From Actinomycetes bacterium (GTDB taxonomy: Bacteria; Actinomycetota; Acidimicrobiia; Acidimicrobiales; JAMCPL01): a stretch of 64,000 nucleotides of DNA. The notes beneath the pieces were generated by a model. That model ran no database searches and was not told where the DNA came from. It worked only from the letters and a program-made list of their open reading frames with translations. The position numbers were made by a program, and so were the translations under genes. Location of the stretch: positions 9,364-73,363 of the forward strand of contig JAKBVZ010000013.1 in NCBI GenBank assembly GCA_021841005.1, written 5' to 3'. Below are positions 21,301 through 30,535 of the stretch, piece by piece. Each line of letters begins with the position of its first letter. Within the stretch, counting starts at the first letter, position 1.

Positions 21301-23346
21301 CACAACCAGCTCGTGGTCATCATGGATCGTCACCGCCTCTCTCCCTACCCGCCGCACAGCGATCCAGAGCACCAGCTCCAACGCATACTATGGTTGCCCG
21401 GATCCCGTAGGTTCGCCATCTCTGGAACTGCCCGAATCAGTACCCTCATACCGGACAATATGATCAACCAGCTCGTAGGAGTACCAGGAACGAATGGGTC
21501 AGGGATCGTGGCGTATTCCAACGGCCGGCTCCCTGGTGACCTCCGCGATACCGCATCCGCAGCGCTGTCCGGCCAGCCCACGGGCAAGACTTCCGTCATG
21601 TGGTCGCCAGGATTCGGTCAGTCGCATCAGATCGGGGATTGGATACAGGTAAACACACCGGCACCGGTGACGCTCAATCATCTGAACATGAGGATAGTTG
21701 CAGATGGCTACCACTCGGTACCGACCTCTATGCGCATTACAAATGGCAGCGGTCAGCAAGTGAATGTAAACCTACCGCCTATTGCCAATCGAAAGGGAAG
21801 GGACTCCGCTACGCTCGTACCGCTCAGCTTTCCCTCTATCAGTGGTAGGCACCTGCGGTTCACCTTCACCGGCGTGCGCTTTGTGTATACCAAGGATTAT
21901 TATTCGTCAGCACCCATAGCAATGCCCCTTGGTATTGCATCCCTTGGGATCCCTGGCGTAACCATGCCTCCCCCACCCAAAGATATCCCGGCAGTCTGCA
22001 GGAAAGGACTCGTGTCGATAAATGGCAATCCTGTTTGGCTGGAAATTAGCGGCTCGAGTTCGACGGCGCTGTCCGGCGGAGGGCTCCAGTTCAAAGGATG
22101 TGGGCCGGATGCTGGCGGCGTAACGCTCAGCGCGGGAAACAACACCATAACTTCAGCTAATGGACACGTCACCGGCTTCAATATCGACAGGCTGGTACTG
22201 GATTCCGCACCTGGCGGCGGGCCGGAGCATCCCACACCGCCCGGGAGTGCACTCAACGCTTCCAGCATGGACAGCGCCGGCACGACCGCGGCCAACTCAC
22301 CTGGATCCGCCGCCCCAGCCGTAAAAGTGCTGTCAAAGACTCCGGTCTCCATGCACCTGGAGGTCAGGAACGCCACGAAGCCATTCTGGCTCGTTCTCGG
22401 TGAGAGTTACAACTTGGGTTGGCAGGCAAGCGTGCAGGGCTCGGGCAATCTACCGCCACCCGAGCTAATGGATGGGTTTGCCAATGGATGGCTTGTCAAT
22501 CCGGCCAAGCTTACCAGTGCCCGCGATGGCGCCTTCTACGTAACCCTGAACTGGCAGCCTCAGAACAACGTCTGGATAGCCCTGTGGCTCTCTGCACTCG
22601 GGTTTGTGCTTTGCTTGATCATCGTAGCTTTTTCCTATGCTAGCCGTAGGAGGCGTAAAACTTACCAGCCACGCTACCTGCGCAGGCACTCGCTGGCAGG
22701 CGATTCCAGCCAAGAAGCATCCCAGAACAGCGCCCCAGTCCTAGGAACCACCATGCCTGGGGAAGCATCCATCATCGGCGCACCTGCAGGCGTTGAAGCC
22801 GTATCGTCCAGCCGGCCGGAGAACGACTCCATAACGGCCCGTACCGCCGTCATACCTGTCCAGACGGTGGTTGGAGGTATCCGCACTCCGAGAGACGGCG
22901 TACCGACCTTGACGTCACCGCTCTCCTGGCAACGCAAATCCATGAGATGGTGGAGCGTACCGGTAGTGGCGGCGATTACGGGACTTCTGGGAGGGGCGGT
23001 CAGTACGCCGGAGGTGGGAGCAGGTCTCTTCCTGGCCGTACTCGCGTGCATGGTCTTTTCCTGGGGACGCACATTCCTCACTCTTACCGCCCTCACCACC
23101 GTGGTGGCAACCGGGACATACGTGGTCTATCGCCAGGCGGTGGAACGTTTCCTACCTGGCGCAGGCTGGGCGCCCCAGTTCGCCACTGCAAACACCCTTA
23201 CCTGGATAGCTGTGGTCTTCCTAGCCGCCGATGCCATGATAATCGCTCTCTTCGGAAAGTCTGACGATCTTAGCCAGGTGGGAGATGAGACAGTGGGAGA
23301 TGAGACAGTGGGAGATGAGACAGTGGGAGATGAGACGATAAGATAG
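18358..23346 (+). CDS. giant polytopic membrane glycosyltransferase, AftD/DUF3367-like, with a discoidin (F5/8 type C)-like domain
   Basis: 1662 aa. N-terminal DTKSYLYLDPGRFL followed by many TM helices. A large extracytoplasmic region contains AIDGNLNTSWQ. C-terminal TM helices. Family assignment is from recalled motif patterns. Confidence 0.65.
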   Translation: MKQLKTVFGTTKNARHVKVRTRSPWYRSAGYVVVALVAYIPQLLAQPGVVVSDTKSYLYLDPGRFLAQSMYMWYPGMAAGTVTHERIGYLFPMGPFFLATRLMGIPLWVAERLWMGSILLAAGAGVLYMANVIGINGPGRIVAALAYMISPYFLQYVGRESVITLAWAGLPFMIAYAEKSLRNVEARRAGKVNTGNAKDGPAVAGSAPASTSAPASTSAPASTNSGVTTSVSAHSGTALPACTGNSEKMHQGHPWRYPALFAIVVATVSGINATAILYLGLAPVLWIIFQARVTREHDWKTAWGAVWRIGLLTTWLSLWWAAGLQVEAGYGINVLKYTETVPAVASSSLASEVLRGLGYWYFYGGGRLGPWVVTSVEMTQHISTLAFSFAVPALAFLSAIWVSFRYRSYFAFLVAFGMVFAVGTYPYLHPSLIGELLKLFMTRTTAGFAIRSTDRATPMVILGTSILLGLGVTALWKHRRAAGLAAAALCAAAIALANPAVWNGTTVPDHFTQPHPLPSYEYKVASWLDTHGKGTRVLVEPGEDFAAYRWGDTIDTIYPGISTRQFIVREQLIMGSLPTADMMYAIDSPIQEGAYNWKALAGMARLFSAGDLLVQNNLQYERYGMPHPRILWQHFLKPIPGLGAPIGFGKPVPNRSTIPWVDEQVLKSPADLPWPSPVEVLPVKNPRPIVRGESTSNALIVDGDASGIADAASVGLLNGNPAVLYAGTLDGHPGQLASAMKQGAVLVVTDSNKLRAFKWDLLHGNVGYTETASEHYASKHPSDAPLRIFGKQPASAMTTARFTGDVSSVTASSYGNAVAYNPEYQPAMAIDGNLNTSWQVGAFGVASGQWWQLHLRRPLTADKVNLVQPFGSLTRYITKVTLFFSSSKHPNFPNGSSAPDKGLTVDLNAASLTPQGQTITFHKRSFTTLRIRIDRTNRSQLKSKTAVPPVGFSEIRIPGVTTQRYLAMPKDLLTLAGPASIHNQLVVIMDRHRLSPYPPHSDPEHQLQRILWLPGSRRFAISGTARISTLIPDNMINQLVGVPGTNGSGIVAYSNGRLPGDLRDTASAALSGQPTGKTSVMWSPGFGQSHQIGDWIQVNTPAPVTLNHLNMRIVADGYHSVPTSMRITNGSGQQVNVNLPPIANRKGRDSATLVPLSFPSISGRHLRFTFTGVRFVYTKDYYSSAPIAMPLGIASLGIPGVTMPPPPKDIPAVCRKGLVSINGNPVWLEISGSSSTALSGGGLQFKGCGPDAGGVTLSAGNNTITSANGHVTGFNIDRLVLDSAPGGGPEHPTPPGSALNASSMDSAGTTAANSPGSAAPAVKVLSKTPVSMHLEVRNATKPFWLVLGESYNLGWQASVQGSGNLPPPELMDGFANGWLVNPAKLTSARDGAFYVTLNWQPQNNVWIALWLSALGFVLCLIIVAFSYASRRRRKTYQPRYLRRHSLAGDSSQEASQNSAPVLGTTMPGEASIIGAPAGVEAVSSSRPENDSITARTAVIPVQTVVGGIRTPRDGVPTLTSPLSWQRKSMRWWSVPVVAAITGLLGGAVSTPEVGAGLFLAVLACMVFSWGRTFLTLTALTTVVATGTYVVYRQAVERFLPGAGWAPQFATANTLTWIAVVFLAADAMIIALFGKSDDLSQVGDETVGDETVGDETVGDETIR
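18973..19026 (+). repeat. 18-bp tandem repeat AGCGCTCCAGCAAGCACC x3 (APASTS x3)
   Basis: Read directly. In frame within the AftD-like ORF. Confidence 0.95.
23278..23337 (+). repeat. 15-bp tandem repeat GTGGGAGATGAGACA x4 (GDETV x4)
   Basis: Read directly. In frame at the extreme C-terminus of the AftD-like ORF. Confidence 0.95.
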
Positions 23347-23350
23347 GTGA

Positions 23351-24811
23351 ATGAGCATACTGGTCATTGACGTTGGTACCACTTCCATTCGGGCCGGGCT
23401 CGTAACGCCTGAAGGCGAAGTCAGGCACCTCCAGCAAAAAAGACTTACTTCCTCCATACCTGCGCCAGGCATGCTCGAACTGGATGCGGAGGCCCTTGCG
23501 CGTGACGCCGTAGAACTGGCAATCTCAGTGCTGCAGCGGGCCGGATCGGTGGCAGCCGTTGGCATCACCAACCAGCGCTCCACCACGGTGGTATGGGACC
23601 GTGCAACCGGCAAGCTGGTTGCACCTGCCATTGGATGGCAGGACCTGCGCACGGTATTCAGGTGCGTGGAACTGGCAGGCATGGGTTACCATGTCCCGCC
23701 AAACGCCTCGGCCACAAAGATAGAGGCGATTATGGACTCGGTCGATCCGGAGAGAACCAGGGACCTCTGTTTTGGTACGGTGGATTCCTGGATGGCCCTG
23801 AAACTTTCCGGCGGAGCTGTCCATGTGACTGACCCGAGCAATGCAGCCATGACCGCCCTGCTACGCGATGATGGCACAAGCTGGAACGAAGAGCTCCTGT
23901 CAGTGCTGCGAATACCTGAGCGCTGCCTGCCACAGGTGGTGGACACCTCTGGTGTGGCGGGTATTGCCTCTATCCTGCCAGGTCATCCTCCGGTAACGGC
24001 AATGGTCGGCGATCAACAGGCATCCATGGCTGGGCAGGGCTGCACGCTTGCCGGATCAGCGAAGATCACATTTGGAACCGGAGCAATGCTCGACTGCTGC
24101 ACGGGTGATATGCACCCCCAGTTCTCGTACATGGGCCCTGTGGGCGGCACCATACCGATAATAGCCTGGCAGCGCAATGCCGCACTTACCTGGGGAGTGG
24201 AAGCTCTCATGCTGGCAGCAGGAGCGTCGGTGACCTGGCTCGTCGATGATCTCAGTATAATCGACTCTCCGGAGGAATCCGCCTCCGTAGCTGCATCGTG
24301 TGCCGATACGGAAGACGTATACTTCGTGCCAGCGCTCATGGGTCTGGGTACGCCCGTATGGGACTTCGGAGCCAGGGGAGCGTTCTTCGGCATCACGGGC
24401 GGAACCACTAGGGCTCAGCTGGTCCGGGCTGTCCTGGAAGGTATCGCACATCGTGGCGTGGACCTTATCGATGCGGCCGAGCGGGACACGGGTCTCACGA
24501 TACCTACCGTGAGAGTGGACGGCGGCATGTCCACCAACGAGATATTCGTCCAGATGCTGGCCGATCTGTCCGGACGTCCCGTGGAAGTGTCCCGGGTTAC
24601 GGAGGCCACCACGCTCGGTGCCGGCTTGTTGGCAGGCATGGCTGTAGGTATATGGCGTGACACGGGCGACCTTGCGAAATTGTACCGTCCGGCAAAAGTG
24701 GTGGAACCCAGATACAGTGATGATGAGCGCACCCTGCGGCGTAGTCGCTTCCTGGCTGCTCGCGACAGGGCATGCCGTACGGTACCCGAACTCTCCGATC
24801 TGCATTTCTAG
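23351..24811 (+). CDS. glpK: glycerol kinase (FGGY carbohydrate kinase family)
   Basis: N-terminal ILVIDVGTTSIRAG and GDQQASMAGQGC...KITFGTG, matching the glycerol kinase signature regions. Confidence 0.8.
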   Translation: MSILVIDVGTTSIRAGLVTPEGEVRHLQQKRLTSSIPAPGMLELDAEALARDAVELAISVLQRAGSVAAVGITNQRSTTVVWDRATGKLVAPAIGWQDLRTVFRCVELAGMGYHVPPNASATKIEAIMDSVDPERTRDLCFGTVDSWMALKLSGGAVHVTDPSNAAMTALLRDDGTSWNEELLSVLRIPERCLPQVVDTSGVAGIASILPGHPPVTAMVGDQQASMAGQGCTLAGSAKITFGTGAMLDCCTGDMHPQFSYMGPVGGTIPIIAWQRNAALTWGVEALMLAAGASVTWLVDDLSIIDSPEESASVAASCADTEDVYFVPALMGLGTPVWDFGARGAFFGITGGTTRAQLVRAVLEGIAHRGVDLIDAAERDTGLTIPTVRVDGGMSTNEIFVQMLADLSGRPVEVSRVTEATTLGAGLLAGMAVGIWRDTGDLAKLYRPAKVVEPRYSDDERTLRRSRFLAARDRACRTVPELSDLHF

Positions 24812-24813
24812 TG

Positions 24814-24900
24814 ATCTGTCCCGTAAATAGCGTGACGTTATCCGGCAACTCAGGGGCGTCATCTGGCTGGCGGGAACCCATGGTTATTTGCGGGACAGAC
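24814..24900. terminator. long imperfect inverted repeat between convergent glpK and merR
   Basis: ATCTGTCCCGTAAATA (24814-24829) and TATTTGCGGGACAGAC (24885-24900) are complementary at 14 of 16 positions, with a nested smaller TGACG/CGTCA pairing inside. May act as a bidirectional terminator. Confidence 0.3.
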
Positions 24901-24975
24901 CACTAGCCCCGGCCTCGCCCCGCAAGCCTATGGTTTACATCCATGGGAAGAATGTCAGCCCAGCGCTTCGAGCAC

Positions 24976-25395
24976 TTACAGCTTTGCCTGGATGCGTTCG
25001 ATGCGACCGGCAATCTCGTCATCGAATACTTTGAGCCGGCCTGCCTGCACGGCTATTCTCTCTCTCACACCCTCAAGTATACGTATTGCTTCTAGGCGTA
25101 TCTGGCGTCTCCTCTCGGATTCGACACCGCCTGAATTCACTTCTTCCTTGAGTAGAGCCAACTCATCTTCGGCAGCCAGAATACCTTTTATCTCATCAAG
25201 ATTGAATCCCATGAGAGACTTCAATTCCCTGATACGCAGCACTCTCTCAATATCGGTGGTGCTGTACCGCCGCTCCCCTCCGGAGGAGCGCGAGGAAGGT
25301 TCGAGTAAGCCCACCTCCTCGTAGTATCTCAGTGTCCTTACCGACGCATCTGCCCTTGCAGCGGCTTCTCCTATTCTTATGCCTGGCTGGACCAC
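24976..25395 (-). CDS. MerR family transcriptional regulator
   Basis: N-terminal HTH IGEAAARADASVRTLRYYEEVGLL plus a coiled-coil C-terminus. Confidence 0.85.
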   Translation of the reverse strand: MVQPGIRIGEAAARADASVRTLRYYEEVGLLEPSSRSSGGERRYSTTDIERVLRIRELKSLMGFNLDEIKGILAAEDELALLKEEVNSGGVESERRRQIRLEAIRILEGVRERIAVQAGRLKVFDDEIAGRIERIQAKL

Positions 25396-25403
25396 CTAAT
25401 AGA

Positions 25404-25493
25404 TCATAGCTTGTCAGGGAAGAGCATGGCATAGAAGAGGAACACGAGCAACGCCACGCTCACAACCAGTCCTATCCATTCGAATGCACTCAC
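25404..25493 (-). CDS. kdpF: K+-transporting ATPase subunit F-like 29-aa peptide
   Basis: Not in the ORF track because it is too short. The reverse strand reads (V/M)SAFEWIGLVVSVALLVFLFYAMLFPDKL, with GAGGAG 9 nt upstream of the GTG start. A single TM helix and the ...LFPDKL ending resemble actinobacterial KdpF (...LLFPEKF). Confidence 0.6.
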   Translation of the reverse strand: MSAFEWIGLVVSVALLVFLFYAMLFPDKL

Positions 25494-25534
25494 AGTCTGC
25501 CACTCCTCACGATCTCAAAAACCCTGGACATGTC

Positions 25535-25641
25535 GATCCCACACCCGACCCGGCTCAAGCCTATCAATACAGTGCACGAGCTGCGGCATAGCGGCCGCAG
25601 CAGACTGATCCCACACCCGACCCGGCTCATAGCCTATCAAT
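25535..25641. repeat. duplication-insert locus D: 34/35-bp direct repeats (25535-25568, 25607-25641) flanking a 38-bp insert with hairpin core CTGCGGCATAGCGGCCGCAG (25581-25600)
   Basis: Read directly. Period 72 bp. The copies differ by 1 substitution and a 1-nt indel (CTCAAGCC vs CTCATAGCC). Confidence 0.9.
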
Positions 25642-25719
25642 GCCCTTGGCATAAGCGACAAACAACCAAAAGATTATACCGATGGCAGCTATCGCAAGTA
25701 TGTAATAGACAGCGTACAT
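25627..25719 (-). CDS. 30-aa hydrophobic peptide immediately downstream of kdpC
   Basis: The reverse strand reads MYAVYYILAIAAIGIIFWLFVAYAKGIDRL, with GAGGAA upstream. Its last codons and stop lie in the right repeat of locus D. No family recognised. Confidence 0.3.
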   Translation of the reverse strand: MYAVYYILAIAAIGIIFWLFVAYAKGIDRL

Positions 25720-25731
25720 TTCCTCAGCCTT

Positions 25732-26412
25732 TCATCTCTTTCGCGCTCCTAGGTCGACACGAGGGTCAATGTGACCAGTTGCGCTTGCAGGTGCAGAGAT
25801 GCTGTGCGTTCCCGCACCTGCACTCACGCCATTGGTGGCTTGCGCCCTCAGCAGCGCCAGATTCATCTCGAGCACGTTCACGTAGGTGTGGCCAAATATT
25901 CCAAGGAACCTCCCATGTATGTTTTCAGTGATTACCTTGCGAACGGTGGCCTGCGATAAATGATCAGCCCTGGCTACCCTTGGGACCTGCACGTAGGCAT
26001 CTGCCAGCGTAATGTCAGGATCGAGACCGCTGTCGGAACTCTCTACGAGGCTGGGTGGTATCTGGTCGGTTTTGATCCCTGGATTTTCCTTCAGAAATGC
26101 CTGGATGCGAGCCTTTACGTGCTCTACGAGAAGCTTGTTGGTGGGACCCAGATTCGATGCCGAGGAATCCGCTGCGTTGTACGCCGGCGAGGTAGCGCTT
26201 GGCCTCCCCTGGAAAAAGCCCGGCAAGGTAAACTGCTCTCCAATCAGCCTGGAACCGACCACATGTCCATGGTAATGCACCAGACTCCCGTTGGCCTGGC
26301 TAGGAAATACCACCTCGGCAAACCCGGTCATTGCCAGCATGTACACTATCCCAAGGAATATACACGACAGCAGCACGAGCTTTGTACTGGTCCACAACAT
26401 TCGAGATGTCAT
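25732..26412 (-). CDS. kdpC: K+-transporting ATPase subunit C
   Basis: N-terminal TM helix, SGLDPDI motif, and position after kdpB. Has a roughly 40-aa C-terminal tail beyond the usual end. Confidence 0.9.
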   Translation of the reverse strand: MTSRMLWTSTKLVLLSCIFLGIVYMLAMTGFAEVVFPSQANGSLVHYHGHVVGSRLIGEQFTLPGFFQGRPSATSPAYNAADSSASNLGPTNKLLVEHVKARIQAFLKENPGIKTDQIPPSLVESSDSGLDPDITLADAYVQVPRVARADHLSQATVRKVITENIHGRFLGIFGHTYVNVLEMNLALLRAQATNGVSAGAGTHSISAPASATGHIDPRVDLGARKR

Positions 26413-26452
26413 CGTATTCTCCTTTCTACGTTGCCACTTGCGCTGCCGGCCA

Positions 26453-28561
26453 TCAGTGCACCGTTGTAGACACTAGGTGAAGTGCTGTAACCACCATATC
26501 TATGAGCTTTATCCCCACGAAAGGCACGATCAGACCGCCTAGGCCATAGACAAACAAGTTCCGGCGTAACAGTACTGCCGCCGATGACGGACGGTATTTC
26601 ACCCCTTTGAGGGCCAGTGGTATGAGCACGGGGATGATAAGCGCATTGAAGATGATCGCCGAAAGGATGGCGGTCTGGGGCGAGGTGAGACGCATGATGT
26701 TGAGCGCTCCCAGACTGACTGCCTTGTGCCCGGCTATATAGAGTGATACAAACATTGCAGGTATGATGGCAAAATACTTCGCAATGTCATTGGTGACGGA
26801 AAATGTGGTCAACGCACCTCTAGTTATGAGAATCTGCTTACCGACTTCTACGATCTCTATGAGCTTGGTTGGATTGGAATCCAGATCGATCATGTTGCCT
26901 GCCTCACGGGCAGCCATGGTGCCGGTATTCATGGCAACCGCAACATCGGCATTGGCCAGTGCGGGAGCGTCGTTGGTACCATCGCCCACCATGGCCACCA
27001 TATATCCCTCGGCCTTCATCTGCCTCACGTAATCCATCTTCTTCTCGGGAGTGGCCTCGGAGAGGAAGTCGTCCACCCCTACCTCTTTTGCAATCGCTTC
27101 GGCGGTAACCGGGTTGTCCCCTGTGATCATGACCGTCTTGATGCCAGCTTCTCGCAGAGCATTGAGCTTTTCGTGGATCCCCTCCTTCACCACGTCCTTC
27201 AGATGTATCGCACCAAGTATCCTTCTGCCCTCCGAGACCAGTAACGGAGTACCGCCCGATCTCGCTATACGATCTATGGCAAGCCCCAGTGCCGTATCGG
27301 TCTGGCATCCCGTCCAGCTGCACACCGAATCGACTGCACCCTTTCGTATCTCCCTTCCCTTATAATTTACACCGCTCATGCGCGTCTCGGCACTGAACGG
27401 AACAAACTCCACTTCGTTCTCCGGAAGATCCACTTCCCTGAGCCCGTAGCGCTCTTTCGCAAGCACTACAATGGAGCGTCCTTCCGGGGTCTCATCGGCC
27501 AGTGATGACAGTTGCGCGGCCTCAGCCAGGTCACGCTCCGATATGCCCGATGTAGGTATGAACTCGGTTGCCTGGCGATTACCTATGGTCAGCGTTCCAG
27601 TCTTGTCGAGCATGATCACATTGGCATCGCCGGCAGCCTCTACGGCCCTCCCAGACAGCGCAAGGACGTTTCGTTCGAACAGCCTATTCATACCGGAAAT
27701 GCCAATAGCCGAGAGCAGGCCACCTATCGTAGTCGGAGCGAGCGCCACCAGGAGGGCTATGAGCACTGTAATTCCGACCGGGGATTTTGCATATACTGAC
27801 ATGGGCTCCAGCGTGACGGTCACAACCAGGAATATCAGAGTCAGGCCAGCAAGCAGCAACGCCAGCGCTATCTCGTTGGGCGTCTTGTAGCGCTTGGCCG
27901 ACTCTATCAGATCTATCATCTTGTCCAGGAATGACTCACCCCTACCTGCAGTGATTTCTATGCGCAGTTCGTCGGATATGACTTTGGTGCCACCGGTGAC
28001 GGCGCTGCGATCACCACCGGACTCTCGGATTACCGGAGCGGACTCACCGGTGATGGCTGACTCGTCAACTGCTGCAATTCCCTCCTTCACCTCACCATCA
28101 CCGGGAATCACCTCCCCTGCCGAGACGACCACAACGTCGCCCTTTTGGAGGTCAGTCGCTGGAATGTCCTGAATCGACCCATCGGGCATGACCTTACGTG
28201 CCACCGTCTCTGTCCTGGACTGGCGCAGGAACTCGGCATGGGCCGCTCCCCTCCCCTCCGCCATAGCCTCAGCAAACGTTGCAAACAGCACGGTGAGCCA
28301 TAACCAGATGGTGATCTGGCCGACAAAAGCGAGGGATGTGGCATTCCCGTCAACCAGGTAACGCAACGTATCGATAGTGGTAAGAGCTGCCCCTACCTCC
28401 ACTGCAAACATGACCGGATTGTGCATTAGGTCCTTCGGGTTGAGCTTGAGGACAGCCTGCTTGAACCCGTGCACCACAGATTCCCTGGTCCAGAATGACT
28501 CCTGCTTGGGTCGCCGGTCTCCGGCTCCGGTTTCAACCGCTGTAAGCGTGTCGCCACTCAT
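26453..28561 (-). CDS. kdpB: K+-transporting P-type ATPase subunit B
   Basis: DKTGTLT phosphorylation motif, TGDN and [10 protein letters not shown] motifs; 702 aa. Confidence 0.95.
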   Translation of the reverse strand: MSGDTLTAVETGAGDRRPKQESFWTRESVVHGFKQAVLKLNPKDLMHNPVMFAVEVGAALTTIDTLRYLVDGNATSLAFVGQITIWLWLTVLFATFAEAMAEGRGAAHAEFLRQSRTETVARKVMPDGSIQDIPATDLQKGDVVVVSAGEVIPGDGEVKEGIAAVDESAITGESAPVIRESGGDRSAVTGGTKVISDELRIEITAGRGESFLDKMIDLIESAKRYKTPNEIALALLLAGLTLIFLVVTVTLEPMSVYAKSPVGITVLIALLVALAPTTIGGLLSAIGISGMNRLFERNVLALSGRAVEAAGDANVIMLDKTGTLTIGNRQATEFIPTSGISERDLAEAAQLSSLADETPEGRSIVVLAKERYGLREVDLPENEVEFVPFSAETRMSGVNYKGREIRKGAVDSVCSWTGCQTDTALGLAIDRIARSGGTPLLVSEGRRILGAIHLKDVVKEGIHEKLNALREAGIKTVMITGDNPVTAEAIAKEVGVDDFLSEATPEKKMDYVRQMKAEGYMVAMVGDGTNDAPALANADVAVAMNTGTMAAREAGNMIDLDSNPTKLIEIVEVGKQILITRGALTTFSVTNDIAKYFAIIPAMFVSLYIAGHKAVSLGALNIMRLTSPQTAILSAIIFNALIIPVLIPLALKGVKYRPSSAAVLLRRNLFVYGLGGLIVPFVGIKLIDMVVTALHLVSTTVH

Positions 28562-30348
28562 CAGAACAGCCTCCCTGCATGCATGGCCACCTGCTCGGCT
28601 ATGGGTCCGAGCGCAAGGGCCGGAAAGAACACGAGAGCTCCGACAATGACCACCGTCCCAATGAGCAATCCCACAAAGAGTGGAGTATGGGTAGGAAAGG
28701 TACCGGCACTCGCAGGTATTCTCTGCTTGGCCGCCAGAGAGCCGCCAAGAGCGATCAGCGGTATGTACATGGCATAGCGCCCCAGCAGCATGGCTATACC
28801 CACCGTTGCCGCATACCAGGGGGACGCCGCGTTAAGGCCACCAAAAGCCGAACCGTTGTTGCCCACACCCGAGCTGAATGCATAGAGCACCTCTGAGAGG
28901 CCATGCGGACCCGGATTATAGATGCCAGCCAACCCTGGACCTATCACCACCGATATCGCAGCCAGAATGAGTATGACGAAGCTGGGCACCACCATAGCCA
29001 GCACGGACATCTTCACCTCGAACGACTCGATCTTCTTGCCAAGGTACTCCGGCGTACGCCCCACCATGAGGCCTGCAAGAAAGACGGCAAGCACCGCATA
29101 GGCGAGCATCCCAATCATCCCTGCCCCCCAGGACCCAAAGATGACCTCGCCCGTTTTCATGTTGAAAAGCAACACAAGACCCGCCAAGGGCGTGAGCGAG
29201 TCATTTGCCGCAGCCGTAGAGCCCCACGATATGGTCGTGGTGGAGTTCTCGAACAGCGAACTGGATCCTATCCCGAACCTGCTCTCCTTCCCCACCCAAT
29301 TGCTGTGTCCTGCAAGATGCAGTGCATTGATTATCGGATTTCCCGCCGCTTCGAATGCATATATTAATAGCGCACCTGCAACAAAGAGTACCGCCATTGC
29401 CGCAAAGATGGCCCATGCCTGGCGAATGTCCGCCACCATCCTGCCAAAAAGATATATACATCCCGATGGAACTGCAAAACCAAGAATAAGTTGGAACAAG
29501 AGCGATGCCATATTGGGACCGGCGAAGGGTTGGCCAGCATTCATATTGAAAAATCCGCCGCCATTGTTGCCGAGTTGCATGATTGATGTCATTGAGGCTA
29601 CCGGGCCCTGTGCAATGGTCTGATGCACTCCCTGGATGGTGGTGACATGAGTGTAAGCGTGCAGGTTCTGCGGGGAACCAAGGGCTATGAGCACGATGGT
29701 GCCGATGATCGCACCCGGAACGGCGACCCACAGCAGGGTCCTCACAAAATCGCGCCAGAAGTTACCGAGCGTCTTGGTGCTGTGCCTGGAAAATCCCCTG
29801 GCAACAGCCAGAAAGAGGCATATGCCGGTCACTGGGGAAAGGAACTGCTGGACCACGAGCCACGCCTGGCTCAGGTAGCTGAGTGTCGCCTCCCCCGCGT
29901 AAGCCTGCCAGTTGGTATTGGTCGTGAAACTGATTGCCGTATTCAAGCTTACCCAGAACGGGATCTTCGGCATGTGGGCGGGATTGAGCGGCAGCCACTG
30001 CTGGAGCCCGAGAAGTATAAAAAGCACTGCAAACCCGATAAGGTTCACGGCAAGCAATGCAAATGCGTAGGTGGTCCAGCGCATCTCCTGATCGGGATCT
30101 ATGCCGCACACCCTGTATATTCCATGCTCTATAGGCTCTATCACCCGGTCCAGTACGGACTTTATCGCCCCGATCCAGGTATCCAACAGGGGTGTGCGCA
30201 TGGCCTGCCCGGTGCCGCCGGCGGACCTAGCCGATCTGACATCACCTTCCCTGGCGAGCACCAAGAACATGTAGCCACCGACCACTCGTGCGAGGATAGC
30301 CGCTATCCCCATCAGGACAAATATCTGGAGTACGCCCTGCCAGGTCAT
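28561..30348 (-). CDS. kdpA: K+-transporting ATPase subunit A
   Basis: 595-aa polytopic protein with KdpA-type selectivity-filter-like repeats (TNTNWQ, NNGGGF, GNNGSAF). Overlaps the kdpB start by 1 nt. Confidence 0.93.
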   Translation of the reverse strand: MTWQGVLQIFVLMGIAAILARVVGGYMFLVLAREGDVRSARSAGGTGQAMRTPLLDTWIGAIKSVLDRVIEPIEHGIYRVCGIDPDQEMRWTTYAFALLAVNLIGFAVLFILLGLQQWLPLNPAHMPKIPFWVSLNTAISFTTNTNWQAYAGEATLSYLSQAWLVVQQFLSPVTGICLFLAVARGFSRHSTKTLGNFWRDFVRTLLWVAVPGAIIGTIVLIALGSPQNLHAYTHVTTIQGVHQTIAQGPVASMTSIMQLGNNGGGFFNMNAGQPFAGPNMASLLFQLILGFAVPSGCIYLFGRMVADIRQAWAIFAAMAVLFVAGALLIYAFEAAGNPIINALHLAGHSNWVGKESRFGIGSSSLFENSTTTISWGSTAAANDSLTPLAGLVLLFNMKTGEVIFGSWGAGMIGMLAYAVLAVFLAGLMVGRTPEYLGKKIESFEVKMSVLAMVVPSFVILILAAISVVIGPGLAGIYNPGPHGLSEVLYAFSSGVGNNGSAFGGLNAASPWYAATVGIAMLLGRYAMYIPLIALGGSLAAKQRIPASAGTFPTHTPLFVGLLIGTVVIVGALVFFPALALGPIAEQVAMHAGRLF

Positions 30349-30430
30349 GACTCTCCAGATCCGCTGCGGCCACTATGCCGCAGCCCGTAAACCATCTGTG
30401 ATACCTCAGGCCAGGTCATAGTCTGCATCC
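30331..30430. repeat. duplication-insert locus B (diverged): repeats around CCAGGTCAT (30340-30362 vs 30411-30430) flanking an insert with hairpin core CTGCGGCCACTATGCCGCAG (30364-30383)
   Basis: Read directly. Period 71 bp. The left copy contains the kdpA start codon; the upstream copy has diverged by indels. Confidence 0.7.
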
Positions 30431-30486
30431 GTCAATCAGTAACATATGCACTGTTATACACGCGTAGCTACCGGAATGGAAGGCTT

Positions 30487-30535
30487 TTAACGCGTTGTTA
30501 GCGCGAATGCCTGGTTTCTTAACGCTTTCTACGCG
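30487..30535. promoter_or_regulatory. two direct repeats TTAACGCGTTGTTAGCGCG / TTAACGCTTTCTACGCG spaced 32 bp, upstream of kdpA
   Basis: Read directly (30487-30505 and 30519-30535). Candidate regulator binding sites. No cognate regulator identified. Confidence 0.25.
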
